Shown one piece after another: positions 19,273 through 29,581 of a DNA stretch of 64,000 nt. Within the stretch, counting starts at the first letter, position 1. The number at the start of each line of letters is the position of its first letter. The stretch is taken from positions 512,001 to 576,000 of the forward strand of contig JBDRZU010000001.1 in NCBI GenBank assembly GCA_039804105.1, written 5' to 3'. A program made the translations under genes and the position numbers. The stretch comes from a candidate division WOR-3 bacterium (GTDB taxonomy: Bacteria; Hydrothermota; 32-111). The notes beneath the pieces are model-generated. The model worked only from the letters and a program-made list of their open reading frames with translations. It had not been told where the DNA came from and did no database searches.

Positions 19273-20202
19273 TTAATTAAAAATTTTTCTATGAAAATGA
19301 CAATAAGGTTTCTTTTTGTTCTTTTCATAATAGTTTTGATGATACTCTTCAGCAACAAAAAATTTACTTACAGGTTTTAACTCTGTTGCAACTTTATAAC
19401 CTTTCAATTTTAAAGTTTCGATTATTTTTAAAGCAAAATTTTTTTCATTTTCATCGTTGTAAAATATCACAGATTTATATTGCTCACCAATATCGGGTCC
19501 CTGGCCATTTTCCTGTGAAAAATCATGTATTTCAAAAAAATATTTCACAAGTTCTTCAAAATTTGTTTTCGTGGTGTCATAGGTAACTTCAACAGTTTCA
19601 TAATGGCCTGTTTTGCCTGCGCACACCTGCTCATAAGATGGGTTTTCAAGAGTCCCTCCCATGTAACCTGAAACAGCATCAACAACACCTTCTTTTTTTT
19701 CAAAAAGGAACTCAACACCCCAAAAACATCCGCCTGCAAAATATGCTTTTTTCAAATTTTTGTCTGGCACAAAAACAAGTGATATCGAATTGACACAGTA
19801 TCTAACATTCTTTTCAGTAAAGCCCTCTCCTTCAAAGACATGTCCAAGATGTGCTCCACAGTTTGCACATTGAATTTCAATCCTGACTCCATCTTTATCA
19901 GGGACTCTTCTTATAGCACCCTCAATCTGATCATCAAAACTCGGCCAGCCACAGGTTGATCTGAATTTTGATTCTGATCTAAAAAGGGGAAAATTACACC
20001 TTTTACAGTGATATGTCCCCTTTTCAAAAAAATCGTTATATTCACCTGAAAAAGGTTTTTCTGTTCCCTTATGAACTATTACAAACTCCTCTTCAGGTGT
20101 TAATTTTCGAAAATTGTCTTCCTTTGCCATTTTCTCTTTTTTACATGAACAAAAAAGAAGAAAAAGAGTTAAAACGATAAGAAAAAAATTTTTTAGATTC
20201 AC
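19273..20202 (-). CDS. msrAB: Bifunctional methionine sulfoxide reductase, MsrB-MsrA order, with lipoprotein-like signal
   Basis: MsrB: GTEKPF, CKRC, GWPSF, HLGHVF, RYCVNS; MsrA: AGGCFWG, GHYE, AEEYHQNY; N-terminal hydrophobic stretch then LFCSC. Confidence 0.95.
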   Translation of the reverse strand: MNLKNFFLIVLTLFLLFCSCKKEKMAKEDNFRKLTPEEEFVIVHKGTEKPFSGEYNDFFEKGTYHCKRCNFPLFRSESKFRSTCGWPSFDDQIEGAIRRVPDKDGVRIEIQCANCGAHLGHVFEGEGFTEKNVRYCVNSISLVFVPDKNLKKAYFAGGCFWGVEFLFEKKEGVVDAVSGYMGGTLENPSYEQVCAGKTGHYETVEVTYDTTKTNFEELVKYFFEIHDFSQENGQGPDIGEQYKSVIFYNDENEKNFALKIIETLKLKGYKVATELKPVSKFFVAEEYHQNYYEKNKKKPYCHFHRKIFN

Positions 20203-20648
20203 TCTAAAATTATTTCAACTGGAGTTGAATTTAAAATGTTGTCAGATATCGGACATCTTGAATCAACTTCCTTTAAAAATTTCTCCTTTTCCTCTTTCGT
20301 CATATCACTATCAAAAGAAACTTTTACAGTGATCTTGAAAAATCCAGGTCTTTTATCTTTTGATTTCCCGAGAAGAATATCGGTATCGATATCACCACTC
20401 ACAACAACTTTCAAGTTCTTTATGTCCAACCTTTTTTGGTTTGCAACTATCCTTGCTATCGATGCGATACAACCACCCAAAGATACAAAAAGATATTCGA
20501 GTGGAGTTGGACCTTTATCAACTCCACCCATATTTTCTGGCTGGTCAACAAAAATTTTATGACCTCTTATTTCTGACTCTACTGTAAAATTTTCTTTTAA
20601 AAAACTTTCAACACAAACTTTTTTTATGTTAGCCAAATCAATCTCCAA
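20199..20648 (-). CDS. OsmC/Ohr family protein
   Basis: DQP..GG.DKGPTPLE, LGGC, RCPISD. Confidence 0.9.
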   Translation of the reverse strand: MEIDLANIKKVCVESFLKENFTVESEIRGHKIFVDQPENMGGVDKGPTPLEYLFVSLGGCIASIARIVANQKRLDIKNLKVVVSGDIDTDILLGKSKDKRPGFFKITVKVSFDSDMTKEEKEKFLKEVDSRCPISDNILNSTPVEIILE

Positions 20649-21684
20649 GTTTACTTTTGGTTGATATTACATTCATCTTAAATGTTGCAGAAACCACATT
20701 CAGAACCGGTAAAACACCTTTATATATTTCAACCCTTCCATAAACCGTTGAATAGTATGGTGGTATCGTATCTGTAAACTGTGCTGTAACCTTCTGGATT
20801 GCTCCCTTTGTTCCAACACCGAGTTGATAGAACAGATCTTCAAGATCCTCAGCGACCTGTGCTTTTACAAAAATTCCACCTGTTGAATCAGCAAGCATCA
20901 TAAGATCTGGAGTATAAGCATAATCACCAAACGCAATATTTATAAGTGTAACATCCTTTGCCTTCGCTTCAGCGAGAACACTCTGTGCTGTTGAGTTCAA
21001 AAGATAACTATCATTATCTCCACCATCAGTTAAAGTCATCAAAACTCTGTTATATTCAGCACTGTTTATATCCCTTTCAAGTTTTCTACATCCAAGGACC
21101 ATCGCATCGTAAAGAGGTGTTGCACCTGAGTTGGCAAGTGAATCGAGAGCAGCGATAAGAAGATTTTTGTTTGTTCCAACTTCAACGAAATCCTGTAAAG
21201 TCCTGAAATAGTATAAAGTATCATAACCAACTGCAAAATCAAAAATTCCAACCATGGAATTTGGTCTGTCAGAGGCAAGATAATCTATCATTTTCGTCGC
21301 TGCATCCTTTCTGAGCCAATATGGATCTGAGGATGACATACTACCTGAACCATCAAAAAGCATCGCAAGTCCCATATCACCATCCTCAAAAACTATCTTT
21401 TGAAAATCTACAACTTTAACATCGAATCCTTTAGTTTTCGTTCCGTAATAATCAACAACAGAATCGATTATTATCTTAACATTTGAAGAGTTCAACTCAA
21501 CAGGATTTGAATCACCATCAAGAGCAAGAATGTTCAAAACGAATTTTCCATCAGTGTAAAATGTTGATAAAATGTAAGGTGTTCCAACAACCGAAACACT
21601 CTTTACAGGTTTTATAGCCACAAGTGAACAACCCAGCACAAACAATAAAAAGATGACCAGAATAAGAGATAAAATTCTCTTCAT
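20638..21684 (-). CDS. von Willebrand factor A domain lipoprotein
   Basis: Lipobox VLGC; MIDAS DGSGSM, TPLYDA, LTDG. Confidence 0.9.
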   Translation of the reverse strand: MKRILSLILVIFLLFVLGCSLVAIKPVKSVSVVGTPYILSTFYTDGKFVLNILALDGDSNPVELNSSNVKIIIDSVVDYYGTKTKGFDVKVVDFQKIVFEDGDMGLAMLFDGSGSMSSSDPYWLRKDAATKMIDYLASDRPNSMVGIFDFAVGYDTLYYFRTLQDFVEVGTNKNLLIAALDSLANSGATPLYDAMVLGCRKLERDINSAEYNRVLMTLTDGGDNDSYLLNSTAQSVLAEAKAKDVTLINIAFGDYAYTPDLMMLADSTGGIFVKAQVAEDLEDLFYQLGVGTKGAIQKVTAQFTDTIPPYYSTVYGRVEIYKGVLPVLNVVSATFKMNVISTKSKLGD

Positions 21685-22148
21685 TTTTCCTCCTTTTTTG
21701 TATTAAGAACAATGAGTTCAACTTTTGCTTCTTTCAATATTTCTTCAGCATATTTATCAGGATAACCCTCATTTATTATAACCCTTCTGATACCTGCGTT
21801 TATTATCATCTTCGCACAGATAAAACATGGCTGGTTTGTAACATACATATCAGCACCTTCGATGTTGATACCAAGTTTTGCTGCCTGTATTATAGCGTTC
21901 TGTTCAGCATGAACCGCTCTTGAAAGTTCCATTCTTTCTCCTGAAGGAACATTCAATTTCTCTCTCAAACAACCACCGAGTTCATCACAATGTTTCACAC
22001 CTTTTGGTGGTCCATTGTATCCTGTGGAAAGGATGTGTCTATCTTTAACGATTATTGCACCAACTTTTCTTCTGAGACATGTTGCCCTTGAGGCAACAAG
22101 TTTTGTTATCTCCATGAAATATTCATCCCAGGAAGGTCTCTTATCCAT
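21681..22148 (-). CDS. dCMP deaminase (ComEB family)
   Basis: [25 protein letters not shown]. Confidence 0.93.
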   Translation of the reverse strand: MDKRPSWDEYFMEITKLVASRATCLRRKVGAIIVKDRHILSTGYNGPPKGVKHCDELGGCLREKLNVPSGERMELSRAVHAEQNAIIQAAKLGINIEGADMYVTNQPCFICAKMIINAGIRRVIINEGYPDKYAEEILKEAKVELIVLNTKKEEK

Positions 22149-23034
22149 TTTTTTCCCCTATCACTTCTTCAATTATAACTTTTATAAATTCGTTTTCAAC
22201 ATTATTTTTCATTTCTTCAAGTTCCTCTTTTGAAAACTTTTGAAAATATTTCTTAACAATAGAATCAAGATAATAAAAATCTTTTGTCCTGAACTTTTTG
22301 TAAAATTTTTCGATCGTTCCAGATTCGATTTTTTTACCTGACAGAATTGCACTTTCAATATAGAGTGAGAATGTTGGAATATCGTTTATCTGTTTTAAAT
22401 CAAAGATCTTTTCGAGAGAATCAGAAAAAAAGTTTGAAATTATGATAGATAAACTTCTGTTTATCCTTAAATTCTTTTTTGAGATCAAATTCTCGAAAAT
22501 TTTTTTGTTTTTTAAAATCTCATCTCTGCAAAACGAATCCTTCAAACCAGCATCGTTTAGAGATTGTAACGCTTTTACTGAGATATAGTCATTATAGTTT
22601 TTATTTATAATTTCAAAAATTGTGTTAACTTTTTTTCTTTTTTCAAGAAAAGTTATATAGGTGTTTAACTCATAAAGTTTCACATCCTCAATTTTCAAAT
22701 CGTTATACAGTGTAAAACCAGGATCATCTTCAAAAATTTTCATAATAAAAATTCTATCAACCTTTCTTTCCTGAAGTCTTGTTAAAAGCGATTCTTTATC
22801 TTTAACTTTTTTAAGAACCCTTATCGAGATATTTTTAAAAAACCAATCAGAAGAGTTTAACTTCCCTATCATATAATCAACAGTTCTTTCGTTGTAATCC
22901 GATAAAAGTGTAGAATCGATTTGAATCTGCAATGAATCCTCAAAATAATCAAGTTTTTTTATCAACTCTTCAAAAGAAGGGAAAATTTTTATAGAAGAAA
23001 ATAAAAAAAGCAAAAATAAAATTTTATTCTTCAT
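22141..23034 (-). CDS. Hypothetical exported protein, helical (possibly HEAT-like)
   Basis: 297-aa ORF with N-terminal signal, overlapping both neighbours. Confidence 0.6.
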   Translation of the reverse strand: MKNKILFLLFLFSSIKIFPSFEELIKKLDYFEDSLQIQIDSTLLSDYNERTVDYMIGKLNSSDWFFKNISIRVLKKVKDKESLLTRLQERKVDRIFIMKIFEDDPGFTLYNDLKIEDVKLYELNTYITFLEKRKKVNTIFEIINKNYNDYISVKALQSLNDAGLKDSFCRDEILKNKKIFENLISKKNLRINRSLSIIISNFFSDSLEKIFDLKQINDIPTFSLYIESAILSGKKIESGTIEKFYKKFRTKDFYYLDSIVKKYFQKFSKEELEEMKNNVENEFIKVIIEEVIGEKNG

Positions 23035-24607
23035 CTATCAACACTCCCATTTCAGATCTTACATCTGTTTTCTTATTTTTACCATTGTAAAAATCGTTAC
23101 CTTTTTTATCGAACAGAATACCGATCGAAAAAGTGTTCCTATCAGGATTCCCAAAACCCATACAATCCTGTTTTTTTGAAAAATAAAAATCATCACCTTC
23201 AAAATCTATCAAAATTCCATTGCCGTTAGCATTACCAGCTCCTATACTCAACCAGTCGGAATAGTAAATATCGTTCCCTTTATAATCGAACAGAAAACCC
23301 GATGAAAAATCGTGTCCACACCCAAGTGAAACTCCCCATGAATAATGTGCATCATCACCTTCTCTGTCGATCAAGACCCCCGTTGTGAAGTGGGTTCCTG
23401 CACCCTGGCTGTATCTTCTACTCGAATAGACATCGTTCCCGGTGCTATCGTACAAAAGCCCAAAAGCAAACCAATAGGAAGAACCCTGAACGAAATACTC
23501 CCCCTTGTAAAAATCGTTTCCCTCAAGATCCAGAATCACACCAACTCCGCCTGATGCGATATCTCTTATCCCAAATCCAAAACCCTGTGAAAGATGTGAG
23601 TGGTAATTTGTCTCTCGAAGATCTATACAGCCGTTTTGAACAAGATACACATCGTTTCCTGTTTTATCATATATAAACCCAATTCCTTTTGTAAAACCGA
23701 ATCCCTGCGAAAAACCTTCGGATATATAATTATCATTTCCTTCCTCATCAAAAATAAATCCAACACCAGCAAAACCAGCACCAATATTAGCAAAATCTGA
23801 TTTATAAATATCGTTACCCTTCATATCCCAGATAAAACCAACCCCAAAAACTCCAGTACCAATGTCAAAATTTTTTCCATAATATTTGTCATCTCCATCA
23901 ACATCGATTATCCCTCCAAGACCTTTGAACCCGGTTGCAAGACAACCTTCCTTTTTTGCTATGTATGTATCACTACCTCCCATATCAAAAATTAAAATAT
24001 TAGGTTTATCGATATAATAAAAATTATCCTCCTTTAAACTGTCGATGAGGATTTCCACTCCATTTCTTTTATAATTTTCTATATTCTTCTTAAAATAATC
24101 TAAAAGAATTTCAGGAGTGAATGAAAACAATCTCTCAACCTCTTTCAGCAAGATTTCTATATCGTTTTTTGAAAAATAAGAATCACAACTCTTCAAGAAC
24201 TTTTCAGCTTCAAGGTAATATATAGAATCGTTTATAACAGTATCATAAATAAAGGAAGGATACTCATAATAAAAAGAATTTGCTGAATATGAAAAATCTT
24301 TTTCAAATTTTTTATTTTTTTTTGAAAATTTTCCTTTGTCAACATAATCAAAAAGATTGAAAAACATTTTGTTCTCAATCAAAAACTTTAAATTTTCAGA
24401 ACATTCTTCACTTTTTTGAGGTTTTTTCAGTAAAAGATCGTTTATGAAAAAAATATAATTATCTCTTTTCAAATTTTCCAAAGGTATTGAAAGATTTTCT
24501 GTTTTCAACGAAAGGTAGGACAACGATGTTATTATCGATTTTTCGTTAGGAAACAAAAATTGAAAAAAAGTTGTTAAAAGAAGAAAAAAACTAATCCTTT
24601 TCATCAA
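23024..24607 (-). CDS. Exported protein with about 11 GxGxhhDxxGxDxY repeats
   Basis: For example GVGFIWDMKGNDIY, GVGFIFDEEGNDNY, GIGFIYDKTGNDVY; signal peptide. Confidence 0.8.
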   Translation of the reverse strand: MMKRISFFLLLTTFFQFLFPNEKSIITSLSYLSLKTENLSIPLENLKRDNYIFFINDLLLKKPQKSEECSENLKFLIENKMFFNLFDYVDKGKFSKKNKKFEKDFSYSANSFYYEYPSFIYDTVINDSIYYLEAEKFLKSCDSYFSKNDIEILLKEVERLFSFTPEILLDYFKKNIENYKRNGVEILIDSLKEDNFYYIDKPNILIFDMGGSDTYIAKKEGCLATGFKGLGGIIDVDGDDKYYGKNFDIGTGVFGVGFIWDMKGNDIYKSDFANIGAGFAGVGFIFDEEGNDNYISEGFSQGFGFTKGIGFIYDKTGNDVYLVQNGCIDLRETNYHSHLSQGFGFGIRDIASGGVGVILDLEGNDFYKGEYFVQGSSYWFAFGLLYDSTGNDVYSSRRYSQGAGTHFTTGVLIDREGDDAHYSWGVSLGCGHDFSSGFLFDYKGNDIYYSDWLSIGAGNANGNGILIDFEGDDFYFSKKQDCMGFGNPDRNTFSIGILFDKKGNDFYNGKNKKTDVRSEMGVLIDEE

Positions 24608-24845
24608 AAATCTCCTCTATTTTTTTTAGATCAGGTATTCCAATAAATTTTATTTCACCATCGATTATCGTCACTGGAATTACAGAAATCTCATATTTAT
24701 CCATAACTTCTGCACCTTCTTTTGTTGAAACATCTAAAATTTTAAGTTCAAATTTTTTACTTTTTTTTAACCGTAACCAGATCTCTTTCACTTCCTTAGA
24801 TTCTTTTGACCAGTTTCCAACAAGAAGAACGACCTTTTTCATCAA
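24591..24845 (-). CDS. Small thioredoxin/glutaredoxin-fold protein lacking cysteines
   Basis: VVLLVGNWSKES...KYEISVIPVTIIDGEIKFIGIP resembles small thioredoxins, with SxxS at the CxxC position. Confidence 0.75.
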   Translation of the reverse strand: MMKKVVLLVGNWSKESKEVKEIWLRLKKSKKFELKILDVSTKEGAEVMDKYEISVIPVTIIDGEIKFIGIPDLKKIEEIFDEKD

Positions 24846-25861
24846 AACTCCATAGTGTTGACTATCGCCTTTAACTCCATCAGTTTGAAATATTTCCTTT
24901 CACCAGGATAAAAGATATGACCATCAATATACACAAGTTCTTTCCCTGTATTTATAAGATATGTGAAGAATGGTCCACCCAAATTTTCTTTATCGTTGGA
25001 ATAAACCCCCATCATGTAAAGTGCTTTGAAGCCTTTAAAATCAACTTCCTCTCTTTTCAATGGGACAAAAGATGTATCAATAAAATCACCATAATATTTT
25101 TCTTTCCCGATCTTATTTCTTGTTTTTATCATGAAATCAAAGTTAAAATTTTTTAACTCGTCTGTTTTTAGAATCGTAATAAACCTATCAGGATATCTGC
25201 CAACTATCGCATAAGAGTTAATATTCTTATCATAGAAAGATGTCTGAAAATCTGATGGAACTTTTAATTTTATTCCAAGTTTTTCATAAATCATAGAGGA
25301 TACTCTTTTATTTTCACCTGTGAAATAAACCATCATCTCAACAGATCTGTAGGAATTTTCAAGAAAGAATTTTTGAATTTTTTCTCTATTCTGTTTGATC
25401 GACTCTTTTATTAGATTTTCATCTGTTCCCGCTATTATAAGGATATTCTGTCCTTCAGCAAAACCATCAAAAACTCTAAAATAGGAAACTTTTTCTTTTT
25501 TAACAAGTTCAATATCATCTTTGTTTAAAAATTCATTTATTATTTTTGAATATTCATCGTTTCTGTTAATGTTTGTGATAAAAACAATGTTTTTGTTCTT
25601 CTTATGTATGTGAAGTTTTTCAAGAGATGAGTATACAGTATAAAATATCGATTCTTTTACTGGAAGATCTATCTGAATGTATAAAGCATCAAGCAACTCT
25701 TTTTCAACATTTGCATAAACCGGTTCACTCGCTGCGATAACAATCTCTTCAACTTTTCCTATAGCAAAATCTTTGATCCTTTTCTTTTTCTCACATGAGA
25801 AAGAAAAAATGGTCAGAATCACTAAAAAAAATAGAAACGAAAATTTAATCAACTTTTTCAT
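24842..25861 (-). CDS. Lipoprotein, DUF4837-like
   Basis: Lipobox FSFSC; AIGKVEEIVI, GGPF, DGHIFYPGERK. Confidence 0.7.
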   Translation of the reverse strand: MKKLIKFSFLFFLVILTIFSFSCEKKKRIKDFAIGKVEEIVIAASEPVYANVEKELLDALYIQIDLPVKESIFYTVYSSLEKLHIHKKNKNIVFITNINRNDEYSKIINEFLNKDDIELVKKEKVSYFRVFDGFAEGQNILIIAGTDENLIKESIKQNREKIQKFFLENSYRSVEMMVYFTGENKRVSSMIYEKLGIKLKVPSDFQTSFYDKNINSYAIVGRYPDRFITILKTDELKNFNFDFMIKTRNKIGKEKYYGDFIDTSFVPLKREEVDFKGFKALYMMGVYSNDKENLGGPFFTYLINTGKELVYIDGHIFYPGERKYFKLMELKAIVNTMEF

Positions 25862-27911
25862 TCAATCTCCTCTCAAGATTTATTTTAATAACCCTATTTT
25901 CTTTTTTCAATAGATTCATATCCGAATATAAAAAATTCTCAGCATCTTTAAACGCTTCTTTCATCAGATCAAAATCATCAAAAAAGTTTGCAAACTTGAA
26001 CATTGGTATACCACTCTGTTTCCTTCCCCAGATTTCACCCGGACCTCTTAGTTTCAGATCATATTCAGAGATTTTAAAACCATCGTTGTATTTGGAAAAC
26101 ACCTGAAGACGTTTTTTGGCATCATCTGTTATATCTTCAGATGAGACAACGAAACAGAACGATTGTTTATCACCTCTTCCAACTCTTCCTCTTAACTGGT
26201 GTAACTGAGATAATCCGAACCTTTCAGCAGAAAGGATAACCATAACCGTTGCATCCTTAATATCTATTCCCACCTCAATTATCGTGGTACCAACGAGAAC
26301 ATCTATAACACCTTCTTTAAGTTCATTCATCACTTTTTCTCTATCCTTTGGACTCAACTTTGAATGGATTATTCCAAGTTTATACCCTTTAAGATATGTT
26401 TTTGAAAGATTTTCATAAACTTTTTTGACTGATTCATAATCCGCCTCTTCTCCACCCTCGATGGCAGGACAAACGATAAAAACTCTTTCTTTGTTATCTA
26501 TCCTTTTTCTGATGAATTCATACATCTTCACAATCCCTTCCGGAGAAACCCATTTCGTTTTTATCTCTTTTTGCATCGAAGGTCTCTGTCGTATCTCGGA
26601 TAGATCCATATCACCGTAGATCGCAAGAGATAAAGATCTTGGAATTGGCGTTGCGGTCATAACAAGATAGTCAACATCTATGCCCTTCTCTTTCAAAGAT
26701 GATCTATGGATAACACCAAATCTATGCTGTTCATCAACTATTACAAATTTAAGATTCTTGAAAACAACATCCTCTCCTATCAAAGCATGTGTTCCAATAA
26801 CTATTTTAATATCTCCATTCTTTATCTGATCATATCTTCTCTTATTTTCTGTAATCGATGAGGTTAAAAGTTCAACATCAACTCCAAGATTTTCAACCCA
26901 ATTTTTGATTTTAAGATAATGCTGTTGAGCGAGTATTTCTGTTGGTGCCATAAGTGCTGCCTGGTATCCACTATCAACAGCATAAAGCATCGCTATCGTT
27001 GCAACAACCGTTTTACCAACACCAACATCTCCCATCAAAAGGCGATTCATAGGTTTATCACTCTTCAGATCATTTAAAATTTCGTTGATAACCTTTTTCT
27101 GATCATCCGTTAATCTAAAATCAAGTGATGAAAGAAATCTATCAACAAGAGAACTGTTCAAAAGATAATTCTTTTCCACCCTTCTTTCTCTGTTTTCAAT
27201 CTTTCTTTTTGCAACAAGTAGTCCAGCATAGAAAAGTTCTCCATATTTTAATCTTCTTAAACTCTCTTCCTTTTTCTCTTCATTTTCAGGGAAATGTAGA
27301 TTCTTTATCGCCTTCGTTAAATCGATAAGATTTTTTTGAATTAAAAGATCTGAAGGTAAATCTTCATCGATCTGATCAATATCTTTTAGAAGATTGAAAA
27401 CAAGTTTTCTTAAATATTTTTGAGTTATGTTTGACCTCGTATGGTAGACGGGAACAATTTTCCCAGTATTAATGAGTTCAAAAAAATCATCCTGAAAAAT
27501 CTCAAAATCTGGATGTAAAATTTCAAATCCCCCTCTTTTGATACGAACTTTTCCACTGAAAAGTGCTACATCTCCCTTTTTTATACTGTTTTTTATAAAC
27601 CTGTTGTTGAACCAGGTTAAGAAAAAATAATTTTCCTTTTTTGTTTTTGCAAGTGCCTGGAAAATATATTTTCCTTTTCTTGTGAATATTTCCCCACAAT
27701 CTATCACCTGTGCAAAAATTGTTATATAATCACCATCTTCGATTTTATCCTCTTCTATAATATTTCTATCAATATATCTGAAAGGTGGATATGTTAAAAG
27801 ATCGTATTTGGTATATATACCCATCTGGTTTAAAATTTCTGCCATCTTAGGTCCAACACCTTTCAAATATTTTATGCTATCAAAAAGATTATTTTTCACC
27901 ATAATTTTCAA
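25845..27911 (-). CDS. recG: ATP-dependent DNA helicase RecG
   Basis: LKGVGPK, MNRLLMGDVGVGKT, DEQHRFG, MTATPIPR, QLHQLRGRVGRG, DLKLRGPG. Confidence 0.97.
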   Translation of the reverse strand: MKIMVKNNLFDSIKYLKGVGPKMAEILNQMGIYTKYDLLTYPPFRYIDRNIIEEDKIEDGDYITIFAQVIDCGEIFTRKGKYIFQALAKTKKENYFFLTWFNNRFIKNSIKKGDVALFSGKVRIKRGGFEILHPDFEIFQDDFFELINTGKIVPVYHTRSNITQKYLRKLVFNLLKDIDQIDEDLPSDLLIQKNLIDLTKAIKNLHFPENEEKKEESLRRLKYGELFYAGLLVAKRKIENRERRVEKNYLLNSSLVDRFLSSLDFRLTDDQKKVINEILNDLKSDKPMNRLLMGDVGVGKTVVATIAMLYAVDSGYQAALMAPTEILAQQHYLKIKNWVENLGVDVELLTSSITENKRRYDQIKNGDIKIVIGTHALIGEDVVFKNLKFVIVDEQHRFGVIHRSSLKEKGIDVDYLVMTATPIPRSLSLAIYGDMDLSEIRQRPSMQKEIKTKWVSPEGIVKMYEFIRKRIDNKERVFIVCPAIEGGEEADYESVKKVYENLSKTYLKGYKLGIIHSKLSPKDREKVMNELKEGVIDVLVGTTIIEVGIDIKDATVMVILSAERFGLSQLHQLRGRVGRGDKQSFCFVVSSEDITDDAKKRLQVFSKYNDGFKISEYDLKLRGPGEIWGRKQSGIPMFKFANFFDDFDLMKEAFKDAENFLYSDMNLLKKENRVIKINLERRLNEKVD

Positions 27912-28464
27912 AAACCAATCTACTAGTTTTAAAACCCAACAACTGTTTTAAAAGAAAGATCTCTGGCAGTTCAATGAAAATTTTATTTATCGTGAAGTTC
28001 CTGTCAAACTCTAATATCGAAGTATCAGGAGAATCATTTCTGAAAGTTATATTGAAAATCTTGTATCCTGTTTCATCCTCTGAAACAAAACCGTAAGATT
28101 TGATCTTCGCTTTATGAAACGAAGATTTTTCAATTCCCTCATATTGCCATTTCTGCTCTTTTTCGAAAGGAAGGATAAACCTTAACCTTATGGGAGAGTA
28201 GTTTAAATCGTATGTTAAAAGTCCAACTTTAAAAACCCTCTTCAGAAGGAAGAAAGAGTCGTGGGATGCTACATATTTTTCAGAGTAGAAAAGTTTATCA
28301 CCTTTGAGAAAAAGTGCTAAAGAATCAATCTTTTTTTCAACTTTTAACTGGAAAATCTTTTTACTGGCCCTCTCAATGAAAACAAAATTACCTTCCCTTA
28401 TCTGCCCGTTTGAGATCAACATAAAAAAAAGAGAAAATAAAACTACAAAATATTTTCTTAACAC
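27889..28464 (-). CDS. Hypothetical exported protein
   Basis: 191-aa ORF within the operon, N-terminal hydrophobic signal. Confidence 0.55.
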   Translation of the reverse strand: MLRKYFVVLFSLFFMLISNGQIREGNFVFIERASKKIFQLKVEKKIDSLALFLKGDKLFYSEKYVASHDSFFLLKRVFKVGLLTYDLNYSPIRLRFILPFEKEQKWQYEGIEKSSFHKAKIKSYGFVSEDETGYKIFNITFRNDSPDTSILEFDRNFTINKIFIELPEIFLLKQLLGFKTSRLVFENYGEK

Positions 28465-28991
28465 TATTCTCTTGAAAATTCTAAACTACTGAAATAGAGT
28501 TTAAATTTTACTTTTATAGGGAGATTTAAAGAATCTTCTACAAAGTTTTCATCGATTTGACCTGTTAAGAAACCTTTCCCTGTATGAAGTTTTGAAGAAT
28601 ATAAGAAACCTTTTATATCAAAATCAAAGGGAGATATAGAATTCTGTTTTATTCTAACATTTGAAAAGAAAATTTTTATCTCATACTCTTGGGAATCTTT
28701 TAGAGATTCAAGTAAAGATAGATCAAGATCAGGTTTTGAAAAAATTACAATATAATTTTTGTTTTCTTTTTTCAAAGTTATTTCATCTTCTCTAAAAGAG
28801 AAAAAGTTTTCAGAATTTTTTGTGTAGTTGTAAAAAAGAAGAAATGTACCAAGAATAATAAGGATAAAACTATCAAAAAATTTATCCAAAAATATATTCT
28901 TGCTAAAAATTATTTTTATTCCCCCAACAAAGATTACGACTGAAAATAATGTTATAAGGAGAAGCCACATATACACCCTCCTACTTTTCAA
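28464..28991 (-). CDS. Membrane protein, divergent LiaF-like paralog
   Basis: Two TM helices, then YIVIFSKPDLDLS; aligns by eye with the next gene. Confidence 0.6.
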   Translation of the reverse strand: MKSRRVYMWLLLITLFSVVIFVGGIKIIFSKNIFLDKFFDSFILIILGTFLLFYNYTKNSENFFSFREDEITLKKENKNYIVIFSKPDLDLSLLESLKDSQEYEIKIFFSNVRIKQNSISPFDFDIKGFLYSSKLHTGKGFLTGQIDENFVEDSLNLPIKVKFKLYFSSLEFSRE

Positions 28992-29472
28992 CTATTTCAA
29001 GTGTTCCTAAAACGACAGTCGCGATTATAATCAAACCTTCTTCGGGATTTTCTCCCATTTTCATATCTTTATTTCCAAAAACTATATTATCACCGTGTGG
29101 AGTGGTGAGTTGCCCAAAAACTGATGTTGCATATATTTTACAGTTCATACCTTTTTTTATATAGATAACACCCTGACCCAAAACTACATCCACATTCAAA
29201 ATCTTTTTACCTTCAACTTCAGATGCATCGATATTACTTGAAGAAAATAGAACAAGGTAATCTTTTCTGTTCTGATCAACTTTTTCTGTTACAAAAAATA
29301 AAGATTTTTTACCAAGAAGTATTGTGATTCCAAAATATATCAAAATGAATGAAACCGCTGTTTTAAATATTGGTATAGAAATGTTAAAAAATGTTGAAAT
29401 AAATAACATTCCACCGATCAAAACCATAAAAATTCCAAAAATCAGTTTAACAAGATCTCTATCATCCTTCAT
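28981..29472 (-). CDS. LiaF-like membrane protein
   Basis: Two TM helices, then a beta-rich domain (YLVLFSSSNIDAS, VDVVLG, TSVFG, TVVLGTLEI). Confidence 0.7.
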   Translation of the reverse strand: MKDDRDLVKLIFGIFMVLIGGMLFISTFFNISIPIFKTAVSFILIYFGITILLGKKSLFFVTEKVDQNRKDYLVLFSSSNIDASEVEGKKILNVDVVLGQGVIYIKKGMNCKIYATSVFGQLTTPHGDNIVFGNKDMKMGENPEEGLIIIATVVLGTLEIVEK

Positions 29473-29490
29473 ACTTTCTCCTTTTTTTTA

Positions 29491-29563
29491 ATGTTATCAG
29501 TATAAAAATAAATGTCAACAAAAATAAAAGTGTTGTTGACAAATAATAGTAAAGAAATAGAAT
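29491..29563. promoter_or_regulatory. Back-to-back divergent sigma70-type promoters
   Basis: Minus: TTGACA-16-TAACAT (29518-29491); plus: TTGACA-16-TAGAAT (29536-29563). Confidence 0.7.
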
Positions 29564-29581
29564 TAAAAAAAAGGAGTTTTT

